In this document: positions 52,001 to 63,947 of the stretch, one piece after another
Position numbering within the stretch: the first letter of the stretch is position 1
Layout of the letters: each line of letters begins with the position of its first letter
Source of the DNA: Lama glama
Lineage: Eukaryota
Length of the DNA stretch: 63,947 nucleotides
Direction of reading: 5' to 3'
Assembly: GCA_028534125.1 (NCBI GenBank)
Contig: CM052816.1
Coordinates: forward strand, 44,270,001 to 44,333,947
Position numbers and translations under genes: made by a program
Notes under the pieces: model-generated
Seen by the model: the letters and a program-made list of their open reading frames with translations, nothing else
What the model was told of the DNA's origin: nothing
Database searches by the model: none

Positions 52001-55000
52001 GATCATCCAGACAGAAAATCAATAAGAAAACAGTGGTCTTAAATAACACATTAGACCAGTTGGATAGAATAGATGTCTATAGGATATTCCATTCCTACAC
52101 AGCAGAATACACATTCTTTTTGAGTGCACATGGAATGTTCTCCAGGATAGATCACTTGCTATGCCACAAAACAAGTCTTGACAAATTTAAGAGGATAAAA
52201 ATTATATCAAGCATTTTTTTCCATCTACAGCAATATGAAACCAGAAATCAATCACAGGAAGAAAAATGGGAAAAGCACAACACATGGAAACCAAACAACA
52301 CACTACTTAAAAAAAAAGGGGGTCAATGAAGAAATCAAAGAGGAGATCTGAAAATATGTCAAGATAGATGAAAATGGAAATACAAATTTCTAAAATCTAT
52401 GAGATGCAGCAAAAGCAGTTCTAAGAGGAAAGTTTATAATGGATACAATCTTACTTCAAGAAATAAGAAAAAAAATCTCAAATAAATGAACTGAACCTTA
52501 ACTACCATCTAAATGAATTAGAAAAGAAAGAGGAATCAAGGCTAAAGTCAGCAGAAAGAAGGAAATAATCAAGATCAGAGAGGATATAAATAAATAGAGG
52601 CCAATAAAACAATAGAAGAAAATCAATGAAACCAAGAAGTTGTTTTTGAAAAAATAAACAAAGTTGATAAACCTTTACCAAAGTTCATCAAGAAAGAGAA
52701 AGAGAGGACTCAAATCAACAAAATAAAAAATAAAAGAGGAGAAATAACAACCAATATCACAGAGTTACAAAAAATTATAAGAGAATATTACAAACAGTTA
52801 TATGTCAACAATTAGACCACTTAGAAGACTGACAAATTTTTAGAAACATACAACCTTCTAAAACAGGATTAGGAAGAAATAGACAATCTGAACAGACTAA
52901 TCACTAGTTGTGAAATTGAATTTTTAATTAAAAAAAAAATACCAGCCAAAAAGATCCAGGACCAGATGGCTTCAGAGGGGAATTCTACCAAACATAAAAA
53001 GAAGAGCTAATACCTATCCTTTTCAAACTATTCCAAATATTGAAGAAGATGGAACACTCTTAAATTTATTCCACATGGCCACCATTATCCTGATACCAAA
53101 ACCAAAGATGCTACAGAAAAAGATTATTACAGGCCAGTATCTCTGATGAATATAGATTCAAAACTACTTATCAAAGTATTAGCAAAGTGAGTTCAACAAT
53201 ATATAAAAAGATTCATATCATGATTAGGTAGGATTTATTCCGAGGATGCAAGGATGTTTCAATATCTGCAAATCAATGTGATATACATTAACAAAATGAA
53301 GAATGAAAATTACATTATTATCTCAATATTTGCAGAAAAAGCACTTGACAAAATTCAACATCTTCTCATGATAGAAACTCTCAGCAAAGTTGATAAAGGG
53401 AACGTATCTCAATATTATAAAGGCCATTTATGACAAACCCACAGTTAACATTATACTCGAATGGTGACAAACAAAGTCTTTCCTATAAAATCAGGAACAG
53501 GACAAGGATGTCCACTCTCATGAGTTCTATTTAACATAGTATTGGAAGTCCTAGCCACAGCAATCAGATGAGAAAAAGAAATAAAAGTTATTGGAATTGG
53601 AAGAGAAGAGCTAAAACTGACACTATGTGCAGATGACATAATACTATACATATAAAGAATCCTAAAGTCTCCACCTAAAAACTATTAGAACTAATAAATC
53701 AATTCAATAAAGTTGTAGGATTCAATATTAATATACTTGTATCTGTTACTTTTCTATACACTAATAATGAACTATCAGAAAGAGAAAGAAAGAAAACAAT
53801 CCCATATAAAATCACATCAAAAAGAATAAAATATGTAGGAATAAACTTAACCAAAGAGGTGAAAACCTTTTACTTTGAAAAGTATAGAAGAATGATAAAG
53901 GAAATTGAAGATAATAGGAAAAAATGGAATTATATACCATACTCATAGATTGGAAGAATTAATAGTGTTAAATATCTGTACTATCCAAAGCAATCTACAG
54001 ATTTAATTTAATCCCTATCAAAATGACCATAACATTTTCATGGGAGTTGAACAAATAATCTTAAAATTTATATGGAATCACAAAAGACCATGAATTCCCA
54101 AAGCACTGCTGAGGAAAAGAAAAAAAGCTAAAGGTATCACATTCCTTGATTTTATTTCAGACTACACTACAAAGCTACAGAAGTCAGAACAGCATGGTAC
54201 TAGAATAAGAACGGAAACAGATCAATGGAACATAATAGAGAACCCAGAAATAAATGTACACACCTATGGTCAATTAATCTATAACAAAGGCAACAAAAAT
54301 ATACACTGGATAAAAGACAGTCTCTTCAATAAGTGGTGCTGGCAAAACTGAAAAGCTACACGAGAAGAAATAAAATTGGAATACTTCATCACACCATTTA
54401 CAACAATAAATTCAAGACGGATTAAAGACCTAAATATAAGACCTGAAAGCATAAATCTCCTAGAAGAGAATATAGGCAGCACACACTTTGACATAAATCA
54501 TAGCAACATTATTTTTTATTTGTCTCCTAAGGTAAAAACTAAATGCAAAAATAAATAAATAGGACCTAATGAAACTTAAAAGAAACAATCAACAAAACAA
54601 AAAGAAAACCTACTGAATGGAAGAGAGTATTTGCAAATAATATGACTGATAAGGAGTTATTATCCAAAATAAATGTAAATAGCTCATATAATTCAATATT
54701 GAAAATAAACAACCCAATTAAAAAATGGGCAGAATATCTGAATAGACATTTTTCCAAAGAAGACATACAGATAGCAAACAGGCACATGAAAACATGCTCA
54801 ACATCACTAATCATCAGAAAAGTGCAAATCAGAATCACAATGAGTTATCACCTTATGCCTGTAATAATAGCTATCATCAAAAAGTCTACAAATAACAAAT
54901 GTTGGCAAGGATGTGGAAAAAAAGGAACCCTAGGACACTGCTGGTGAGAATGTATATTGGTGTAGCCACTGTGGAAAAAAGTATGGAGTTTCTTCAAAAA

Positions 55001-55660
55001 ACTATAAATAGTACTACGATATGATCTAGCAATTCCACTCCTGGGTATGTATCCAAAGAAAATGAAAACACTAAACTGAAAATATACATGCATCCCAATG
55101 TTCACAGCAGCATTTTTTACAATAGCCAAGGTATAGAAGCAACCTAAGTGTCCATCAACAGATGAATGGATAAAGAAGATGTGGTACACAATGGAATATT
55201 AGTCAGCCATCAAATAGAATAAAATTCTGCCATTTGCAACAACATGGATGGACCTAGAGGGTATTATACTTAGTGAAATAAATAAGAGAAAGACAAATAC
55301 TCCATGTTAACACTTATATGTGGACTATGAAGATTTTTTTAATGAATGTATACAGCAAAACAGAAACAGTCTCACAGATATAGAGAACAAAGTAGTGTTT
55401 ACCAGTGGGGAGGGGGAAGGGAGCAGGGGCAAGATAGGGATAGGGAATCAAAGAGATACAAACTTCTATGTATAAAGTAAATAAGCAACAAGGATATATT
55501 GCACAGCACAAGGAAATATAGGAACTATTTTTAATAACTTTAAATGTAATATAATCTATAAAAACCACCATATTGTACACCTGAAACTAATATAAACTGT
55601 ACATAAACTATAACCCAATATAAACTATACTTCAGTGAACATCAATAAAAAAGGAAAAAC
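49041..55660 (+). mobile_element. Near full-length decayed L1 (5'UTR, ORF1 with internal deletion, ORF2, 3'UTR)
   Basis: caaaatggc start; ORF1 peptide (ORF 50281..50580); ORF2 from ~51547 with EN (DRSSRQKINK), RT and C-terminal peptides; many stops and frameshifts; probable TSD attattgYtgtt at 49029-49040 and 55668-55679. Confidence 0.93.
50482..50960 (-). mobile_element. ERV-type solo LTR (~480 bp) inserted in L1 ORF1
   Basis: Starts tgttg; flanked by ctag(c)/ctag(g); ATTAAA on minus strand at 50569-50574; removal restores caacctag-gattctctac (QPRILY of ORF1). Confidence 0.85.
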
Positions 55661-55934
55661 ACAATTTATTATTGTTGTTATTTCTGTATACAAAAAAAAC
55701 TGAGATAAGAGTCCTCCAAAACACTGAAAATCAGATACACTGAGGCATTTCACTGCAGGACTTAGCACAAAGCGGCGTTCAGGAGGACAAAAAGAAGAAA
55801 GGGCAAACCAAGCTGCTGTCACATGCTTCTGTTCTCCCATCAACAAACAGGATGCAAATGGCAGAAAGTATGCTTACGTTTCTCCATCTTCACCACTTCA
55901 GGTCTTGATGTGACAGACCACAGTACAAGCACTC

Positions 55935-56815
55935 TTCTTAACTTAACATAGCTCAACTAGGACTGATTATTCCACCTTGTCTCCACTGTCCAAACCTCTC
56001 CTCTCAGAACTGGCACCACTCATCAACCAGTTAGTTGCCACTATCCATCCAGTTAATGACTCAAGGCAAAAAAAAATTGGTAGTTATCTTCTCATTGCAC
56101 TTCTTTATTTCCTTCACATCTGGTATTTTGTAGAACAGTAAGTCGTGTCTGCTCTACCAGTAATATTCTTTCTGAATCCCATCTGTTCTTGCTATCTCAG
56201 TTGTAATCCTAGTCCAAGCTATTACCTCTTGCCTGGATTAGAGCAGTAGCCGTCACTCTGCTGCCCCTCAAATGCACACTTGATTACAATAACCTGTTCT
56301 AGCAGCTATCTCTAGAGATGTTCTACGTCATACATCAGATCATATTTTTCAAATGCTTAAAACCAAACAGTACTTCCCAATTCCACCATAATGAACTTTA
56401 AAATTCTCACTATGAGCTGCAAGACTGTACCTGATACAGACTCAGTCTGCTTCTTAGACTACATTTTTCTCTTCTCATTCCCCATCCTCCCTTCACAGAG
56501 CCTTATTAACACATACCCTCTTTTCCATCTGATAACCTTCACCTTTCCTATTGCTTTTGCCGCAAAAGCTCTTTCCCACATGTTTACACTACTCTCCCCT
56601 GGTCTCACCTCCTCTTCCAGGAGGCCTTTCTTGACTGCTCTGACTAAAACAGAATTCCCAACTCCAACGGCCATTCTCTATTACATTAGGATTTAGAGTT
56701 TGCCTCCCTCTTTTTAATGCTACCTTAAAGCCAGTGTCTCAGTCTTCTGTCCAATAGTGTATCTTCAACACCTACAACCACAACTTGAGATTGGTAAACC
56801 CTCAATAAAACATAG
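55935..56815 (+). mobile_element. L2 relic
   Basis: aacttaacat..., cctagtccaagctattacctcttgcctggatta, ctcacctcctcttccaggaggcctttcttgac, ctcaataaa. Confidence 0.8.
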
Positions 56816-57869
56816 TCACTACATTTATACTTAAAATATAGTGACTCGGGAAAATGCAAACACTCTCTGAGGTATAAAGGGAAGCTATGTTCTCAACAAA
56901 AAAACAAGCAGAGGAAAGGAAAGGGAATTTTACATCTCCAGAGCCTTTATTCTTAATAAGAAGTACAATTAATTTCTAAAGTTATTGGCATATAAGGGCT
57001 TGCTCTCTGATGTCTGCTCTTCTCCTTTTCGATAGATTGAAAATTTGTGCTTGTGAAGTCACGATTCTCTGTGCAGAGAAGATTAATTGTATGCATGACT
57101 ATTTGACTATTGGTCACTACTGCACCCTCTATCAACGTTCAGTGAAATATATTAGGGACAAAATTAACTGTTTGGAATCTTTTATTGATGTTCTCTTGTC
57201 TTTTGACTCCATGGACAGGATCCTGTGATGGATTAACCTGTATGAGGTCAGTATCAGCCCCTGGTTATTGATGTTCATGCAGGACCTTCACCTTAATACC
57301 ACCTCAAGAGGAAGGGTCAGTGAGAAAGTTCTCTAGACATATCAATTGAAATAGATTTGTGTCCTCCATCTTCCTTTTTTAAACAAATTTTAATGACTTC
57401 ATATCTTATGCACTCAGACAGGTCATTAAGTGAAGATGTTACTTTATAACTTGAAAATTAAAGTAGCCCAAAACATCATTTATGTGAGATGCTTTTGTGC
57501 TCAGTTTAGTTAAATAACAAAGTACAGTGGCATGAAAGTGAGGTAACCCCTTGTCCCAATCCCCATAATATTTTGTCAATTAGAACAATGAGCTCATAAA
57601 TGACTTAGAAAACAGCCAAAACTTCAATTAAGGACATCTAAATGTGATCTCGCATAGAAGTCTGCAATATGATGGTAATTTATTACAATAAAATTTAAGT
57701 AATTGCATTGTGCCTCCTCTTAGGGGGCTACTATTTTAAAGGGATGGATGGTTAGCCTAAAGCAGCATTTCTCAATGTGCAAATATTAATAGTTATGACT
57801 AGTGTATGGAATTCAAAGCTGAAAATAATCTTTTGATTTACATTAGCTGATAGTTTCTCAACTTCAGCA

Positions 57870-58155
57870 CCATTGCCTAAAATGTCACTTCCACAGAGAG
57901 GCCGTGTCTGACCACTCAACATAAAATAGACCCTCTTCAATTCACTCCTCTATCCATTTACTTTGGCCTTTTTTCTTACTCATTGCACTTATCACTACCT
58001 ACAATTATATTATTTATCTCTGATTTTTCATTGTTTGTCTCCTCCATGAAAGTGTGACTTTTAGACAGTAACTTTGATTTATACACAACTCTATCCTCAT
58101 GCCAAGAATTATGTCCATAAAATAGATCTCAATATGTATTTGTTGATAAATACAT
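57870..58155 (+). mobile_element. L2 3' end
   Basis: aaatgtcacttccacagagaggcc...ctcaatatgtatttgttga. Confidence 0.75.
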
Positions 58156-60084
58156 AACTAAATTTATATGAAATAACTAAACAACTAAATTTCATATAAG
58201 CTGGATCCAAGCTATTGAAAAAAAAAAGGCATTTGATCTCCCATATGTGGCCATGGTTTCATTGTTACAAATAGGAGTAACCTTAAAAATTAAATGGCTG
58301 TACCAAGCCCTATTAGAAAGAGTAATTCAAGATCAATTACCTTGAAATTTAAATCAACATTTCTGATATAAAGTTTAAAAGGCTATTTTAAAAATAAACA
58401 AATTCAGTTACTTAGAAGACATTTGTAATCAGTGTTTTTTTAATCCCAGAATTGCACACCAAATCATATGTTTGAATGAAGACATTTTATGTGTACTTTA
58501 TAGAAGTTATTTTTTTAATGACCTAGGTACAATCTCCATATTACAGAGAGCCCAGGCTAAAAGCAGCATAGAAAGAGTCTGTGTTATAGATTCCCATCTG
58601 TCCATGCAATTGGATAGTTTTTAGGGAGATTTTAGGACCTTGGCTCACTTCCATATGAAGGTGGACTGATTTTCCATGTAGATGTGAATCCTGATCTGGG
58701 AATTGCCAGTCAATCACGTTCTCCTTTTCCATTCCTTCTTTTTAGTAATATTTGCAACACTGTACAAAAGAGAGGAATCCTATGCCTGATCTTACTGTGG
58801 AGAACTGCTCATGATGGAAAAACCCATGGGACACCTTCAGAGGTTAAAGTGTTAAGCAGAAAAACTAAATTACTTCAGTAATTGAGTATTACATCTTTTT
58901 GCTGCCCTGTTGGTTTCCAATTATTTACTTACAACAAAAGTGAAGGAAAACCTAGTAGAGTTCTTCACTTATAGATCATCTAAGTTAGTTTTTGGTAAAT
59001 AATTCCAATGGAAATTTTGATATATAATTTTCTAGGAATTTTTAAAATTCAGCCACGGTGCTATAAAATTATCTTACTACTGACACATACTTATTATCTA
59101 AACAAATCTTCTCCATGTTTACATTTAGAAAAAGAATAAAATTCATACTGAATCTTGCTCATTCAAGTATGAAACAAGCATAGATTAATCTATGAAATAA
59201 ATGAAAATAACCCTTTTTATTTTTTAATAAATACATTTATACTAAAATGTTTCCTTTATTTATAATTATCAAAAATACTATTAATATAAATGTTTTGATC
59301 ACTTATGTAGTAGCAATAGTTGTCATGACGACAAACTAGAAGGAAAAAAATGTACCCTTGCAGTCTAAGGAGGAGAGAAATTTTAAAATACTAACATGAA
59401 TGTTTCTAAAAGAGAAGTATGTTAACATGGTAAGAAAACTATCAAGTATAAAACATGTATGTATTTTAGAATAAAATTTTGACAGGAGGGTGAAATGAAA
59501 ATACAAGTTCTAAGAGAATAAGGAATAATATATTTCCAACTGTTAACAAGGAGTTTGTCTTCATACTTCTAAGTAGTTGATGAAAGTATCAAATTGCTAT
59601 AATATTTATATTCCAAAGTATACATTTAAAGGAAGGATGTAGCCACTTGTTTGTATCAATATTTGAAGGGAATTATAACCTTTTAACTATTTAAAATTGT
59701 CGTGAACATTTTTATATGTCAACTTAAAAACGTGCAAGTTAGTATGTATTATTTTTTAATTCTTTGGGGGATATGAGGAAAGTAGCTTCAAGAATATGGT
59801 GTAAGACTGTATTTTGAAGCTATGATTCTGATCTCTATAAATAAATATTTAAAGAAATGCCCTAAGAAAACCCATATTATATTTACTCTAGAAATACTGT
59901 TGACATGGGAAGCTACACTAACTTATCTTATATTGCAGTAATGTGTGCATTTTTAAAGCCATCTCTTCTTTTTTGGAAGTGAGGGGAAAGCAACAGAATA
60001 TTTAGATAGATACAAATATAATGCAAGATAAGAATATAAATATTTTAGATTGTTACTGCAAACTCTCACTTCTAGGATTAAGGG

Positions 60085-63000
60085 AACAAGTTGACAGAGC
60101 AGGAAGCCTCAGACCCTCCTTCCTACCTTGGAAACACTGATTCAACAACAATACTAAGACAATTCCTTGTGTGTTAAATCGAAAGACCTTTTAAGTCTTT
60201 CACCTCCTTGGTTAGATTTATTTCTCGGTATTTTATTACTTTGGGTGCTATTTTAAAGGGGATTGTTTCTTTACTTTTCGTGTTGATTCATTATTAGTGT
60301 AAAGTAATGCAACTGATTTTTGAACGCTAATCTTGTAACCTGCTACCTTGCTGAATTCTTCAATTATTTCTAGTAGTTTTTGTGTGGACCTTTTAGGGTT
60401 TTCTATATATAGTATCATGTCACCTGCATATAGTGACATTTTTACCTCTTCTTTTCCAATTTGGATCCCTTGTATTTCTCTCTCTTGCCTGATCGCTGTG
60501 GCTAGGACTTCGAAGACTATGTTGAATAGGAGTGGTGATAGTGGGCATCCTTGTCTTGTCCCAGATTTTAGTGGGAAGCTTTTGAGTTTTTCACCGTTGA
60601 GAATTATGCTGGCTGTAGGTTTGTCATATATAGCTTTTATTATGTTGAGATATGTTCCCTCTATACCCACTTTGGTGAGAGTTTTTAATCATAAATGGGT
60701 GTTGAATTTTATCAAATGCTTTTTCTGCATCGATTGAGATGATCATGTGGTTTTTGTCCTTTTGCTTGTTGATTTGATGTATTACATTGATTGATTTGCA
60801 TATGTTGAACCACCCTTGTGTCCCTGGGATGAACCCCACTTAATCATGCTGTATAATCTTTTTTATGTGCTGTTAGATTCTATATGCTAATATTTTGGTA
60901 AGGATTTTTGCATCTATGTTCATCAGTGATATTGGTCTGTAATTCTCTTTTTTGGTGGTGTCTTTGCCTGGTTTTGGTGTCAGGGTGATGATGGTTTCAT
61001 AGAATGAGTTTGGGAGTATTCCCTCCTTTTCAATCTTCTGGAAGAGTTTGAGAAGAACTGGTATGAGTTCTAACTCAATTAAAAAAAAAGTTAAGAAAGA
61101 AATAAAGAAAAGAAGGAAGGAAGGAGGGAGGGAGGAAGGGAAGGAAGGCAGGGAGGCAGGGAGGGAGGGAAGAAGACCATTTAAGAGACTACTGCATCCT
61201 AGGTAGGTGTGAAATAAGCTGTACTGAAGCCAGCAGGAAAATGTACTGAATCTTCTCACTCTAGTCCCTCCCCTCAGCTCAGTACCACATGACCAGAGGG
61301 AGATTCCCAGCTCCTGGCTTCTCCCTGAGGAAAGAAAGACAGAACTGGACTTTTTTTTTTTTTTACTTTTCGGGAGTGGAGGCTACTTGTGGGACTTTCT
61401 TTTCCCCCTCACTCATCTCAGAACACTGAAGGGACCCAGCATAAACTCGATGCCTGTGGGCCATTGAGAACAAAAGGAGATGGGTGGCATTCTGCTGCTC
61501 CAGAGGACCATGGTGCAACAGATAAAGGCTGATATAGCTCAGTAGCCTCTCCCTCAGGGTAGGGAAGAGAAGAGTGCAGCTAATGTCTCATGTTCCAGCT
61601 TTTGGGGTAACTGCTTAAGGGACTGGTTTCTGTCTTGAAGCACTGACAAGACCCAGCATGTTCCAGTTGCCTGGGTACCACTGAGAACAAAATCAAGTTG
61701 GGTATGTTACTGTAGTTCCTAAAGACCTAAAGTATAACAGACAGAAGCTAGTGTAGCTTGGTTTTCTCCCTCACTGGGAAAATAGCAGAGTGGAGCACAT
61801 GTCCAACATTCTGGCTTTTCAGTGGTTTGCCTGAGGGATTGTATTTGGCTAGCCTATATCTGAGCATGGTTGAGACCTGCCATACCCTAGGTACCTAGAT
61901 AATGGTAAGAAAATATCTGGGTGAACTTTTTCTGCTTTAGATGACCCCCAAAACAGCAGGCAGACAGCAGAAGAAATAAGATTATGAGTTCCTCAAAAAA
62001 AAAAAAAAAGAAATTGAAAATCTCTCCAATTAGGAATCTCTACACTCAAATCAAGAGAAGGCATATCCACATAACATTTTTGAAAGGCAGCCAGAATTTC
62101 TAGCTGGGGTGATTGGTAAAGTTCTTTTCTTATATGAAATTAGTCAATAAATAGGAAGAAGTTTTATTTTTCCTTTCAAATATGTGGATAACAATAAACA
62201 GTTACAAGGAACATGAATAAATAGGGGACAAGGACCCAATAAAAAGAACAAAATAAAGCCAAAAACTGATTCTAAAGAAAAGGAGTTAGTTATTTAAAAC
62301 AAGTAAAAATTTTAAAAACTCTCATAAAGAGGCTCAGTGAGCTCAGGAAAATGATCCATGAGCAAAATTAGAATTTTAATAAAGAGGCAGAAAATTTTTA
62401 AAAAGGACCAGAAATTTTGGAGCTGAAAGATACAATAGCTGAATTGAAATTTTTACTTGACAGGTTTAAAAGTAGATTTAATCAAGTAGAAGAAAAAGAA
62501 GAAGAAAAAGAATCAATGGACTTGAATACTACTCATTTGCAATTTTTCAGTCAGAGGAACAAAAGAAAAAAAAAACAAAGAAAAAGAGAGTAAAGAAAGG
62601 CTAAGGACTTATGCGGTCCATCAAACAGGCTGATATACACATTATAGTCCTAGAATGAGAGGAGAGAGAGAGAGAGAAAAAAGCAGAAAGTTTATTTTAA
62701 AAAATACTGGCTGAAAACATTCCAAATTTGAGGAAGAGCAATCTAAAGAAGTCCACACCAAGACATATTATAATCAGATTACAAAAAGTCAAAGACAAAA
62801 AGAGAAATTGGAAAGCAAAAAGAGAAGTGACTTATTAAATACAAAGGAATCCTCATAAGACTATAACTGAATTTCTTAGCAAGAATCTTTCATTCCAGAA
62901 GGGAATGGGATGATATATTCAAAGTGCTGAACAAAAAATACTGCCTACCAAGAATATTATATCTGGCAAAACTGTGCTTCAAAAATGAAGAAGAAACAAA

Positions 63001-63802
63001 CACTTTTTCTAGGCAAACAAAAGCAGAGGGAGTTTATACCAGTAGACTTGTCTTGTATAAATGCTAAAGAGAGTTCTTCAAGTTGAAACAAAAGACACTA
63101 AATAACAGCACAGAAACATATGAAAATATAATGCTGACCAGTAAAGGTAAATTTATAGACAGATATAGAATACTGTATTTCTGTAATGATGGTGTGTAAT
63201 TCACTTTTAATTATGCTATAGAAGTTAAAAGACAGAAATATAAAAAAGACAGAAATATAAAATATAAAAAATATAAAAAAGATAAATATGTGTTAATAAT
63301 ACAGAATATTAAAAATGTAATTAATACCATCAAAAACATACTATGTGTGGGGGTGGGGAGTAAAAGTGTAGAGTTAATGTAAGAGATTTAAGTTCCTTTT
63401 TTAATGACCTTAAAATAGACTATTTTACTAAAAGATTTTACGATAACCACAAAAAAAAACCTGTAAAGGAAGAAAATGAGAAAGGAATCAACATATGTCA
63501 CTACAAAAACATCAATAAAACACAAAGGAAGACATCAAAAGAATAAAAAAGGGAAAAAAGGGCTAAATATAAACAGGAAATAATGAACAGAATGGCAATA
63601 CTGAGTCCTTCTATATCAATAATTAAATATAAATGGCCTAAACTCCCCAGTAAAAACACAGAGCATGGCGTAGTAAATAAAAAGCATATCCCAACCATAT
63701 GGTGTCTACAAAAGACTTTCATTAAATTTAAGGACACAGTAAGACTGAAAGTGAAAGGATGGAAAGAGATATGTCATGTCAATAGTAAGGAAAATACTAC
63801 AG
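60085..63802 (+). mobile_element. Older L1 5' part (5'UTR with tandem units, ORF1, ORF2 start), interrupted twice by younger L1s
   Basis: 5'UTR text continuous across the 60196-61172 insert; ORF1 motifs (ccagaagggaatgggatgatatattcaaagtgctga); ORF2 start atggcaata at ~63592. Confidence 0.85.
60196..61172 (+). mobile_element. Young L1 insertion: inverted ORF2 segment, ~10-nt sense stub, A-tail and purine microsatellite
   Basis: TSD aagaccWtttaag at 60183-60195 and 61173-61185; RT peptides on the minus strand (ORFs 60248..60670 and 60624..60839); taactcaatt then A9 at 61071-61089. Confidence 0.9.
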
Positions 63803-63947
63803 GGAGAGGCTGTGGAGAAAGGGGAACCCTCCTACACTGCTGGTGGGAATGCAGTTTGGTGCAGCCACTATGGAAAACAGTGTGGAGATTCCTCAAAAGA
63901 CTAGGAATAGACTTACCATATGACCCAGGAATCCCACTCCTGGGCTT
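63803..63947 (+). mobile_element. Young L1, 5'-truncated, running off the window
   Basis: ggagaggctgtggagaaagggg...agactaggaatagacttaccatatgacccagg, nearly identical to 36635-36710. Confidence 0.92.

Noticed and set aside
1..63947. CRISPR array, operon or other prokaryote-type system; L1 strand bias as evidence for a host gene
   Set aside because: The sequence is mammalian with no spacer-repeat structure. L1s occur on both strands (mostly minus on the left, plus on the right), so no host orientation can be inferred.

Overview
AT-rich mammalian genomic DNA, probably camelid. That assignment is inferred from the style of the young L1 3' UTRs and the absence of Alu, B1/B2, Bov-tA, CHR and PRE1 SINEs. 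I cannot support any protein-coding exon of a host gene: the convincing protein homologies in the ORF track are decayed LINE-1 ORF1/ORF2 pieces, and the long X-containing ORFs only span two 500-N gaps. A large part of the window is interspersed repeat: nested old and young L1s, L2 and MIR relics, two ERV1-like solo LTRs, ancient MaLR/ERVL LTRs, two Tigger-family MITEs and one degenerate tRNA-derived SINE next to an 8-mer tandem array. Four observations stand out. (1) Two independent young L1 insertions share the same +1 frameshift in the RT domain, hinting at an ORF2-defective source element mobilised in trans. (2) Two L1s show twin-priming inversions, one with only a ~10-nt sense stub. (3) An inverted repeat at 42.67-42.91 kb could sequester a strong 3' splice site ~1.2 kb downstream of a CpG-rich LTR carrying a splice donor. 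(4) Several candidate non-coding exons lie on the minus strand. Repeat subfamily names come from memory of consensus sequences and boundaries of old elements are approximate.
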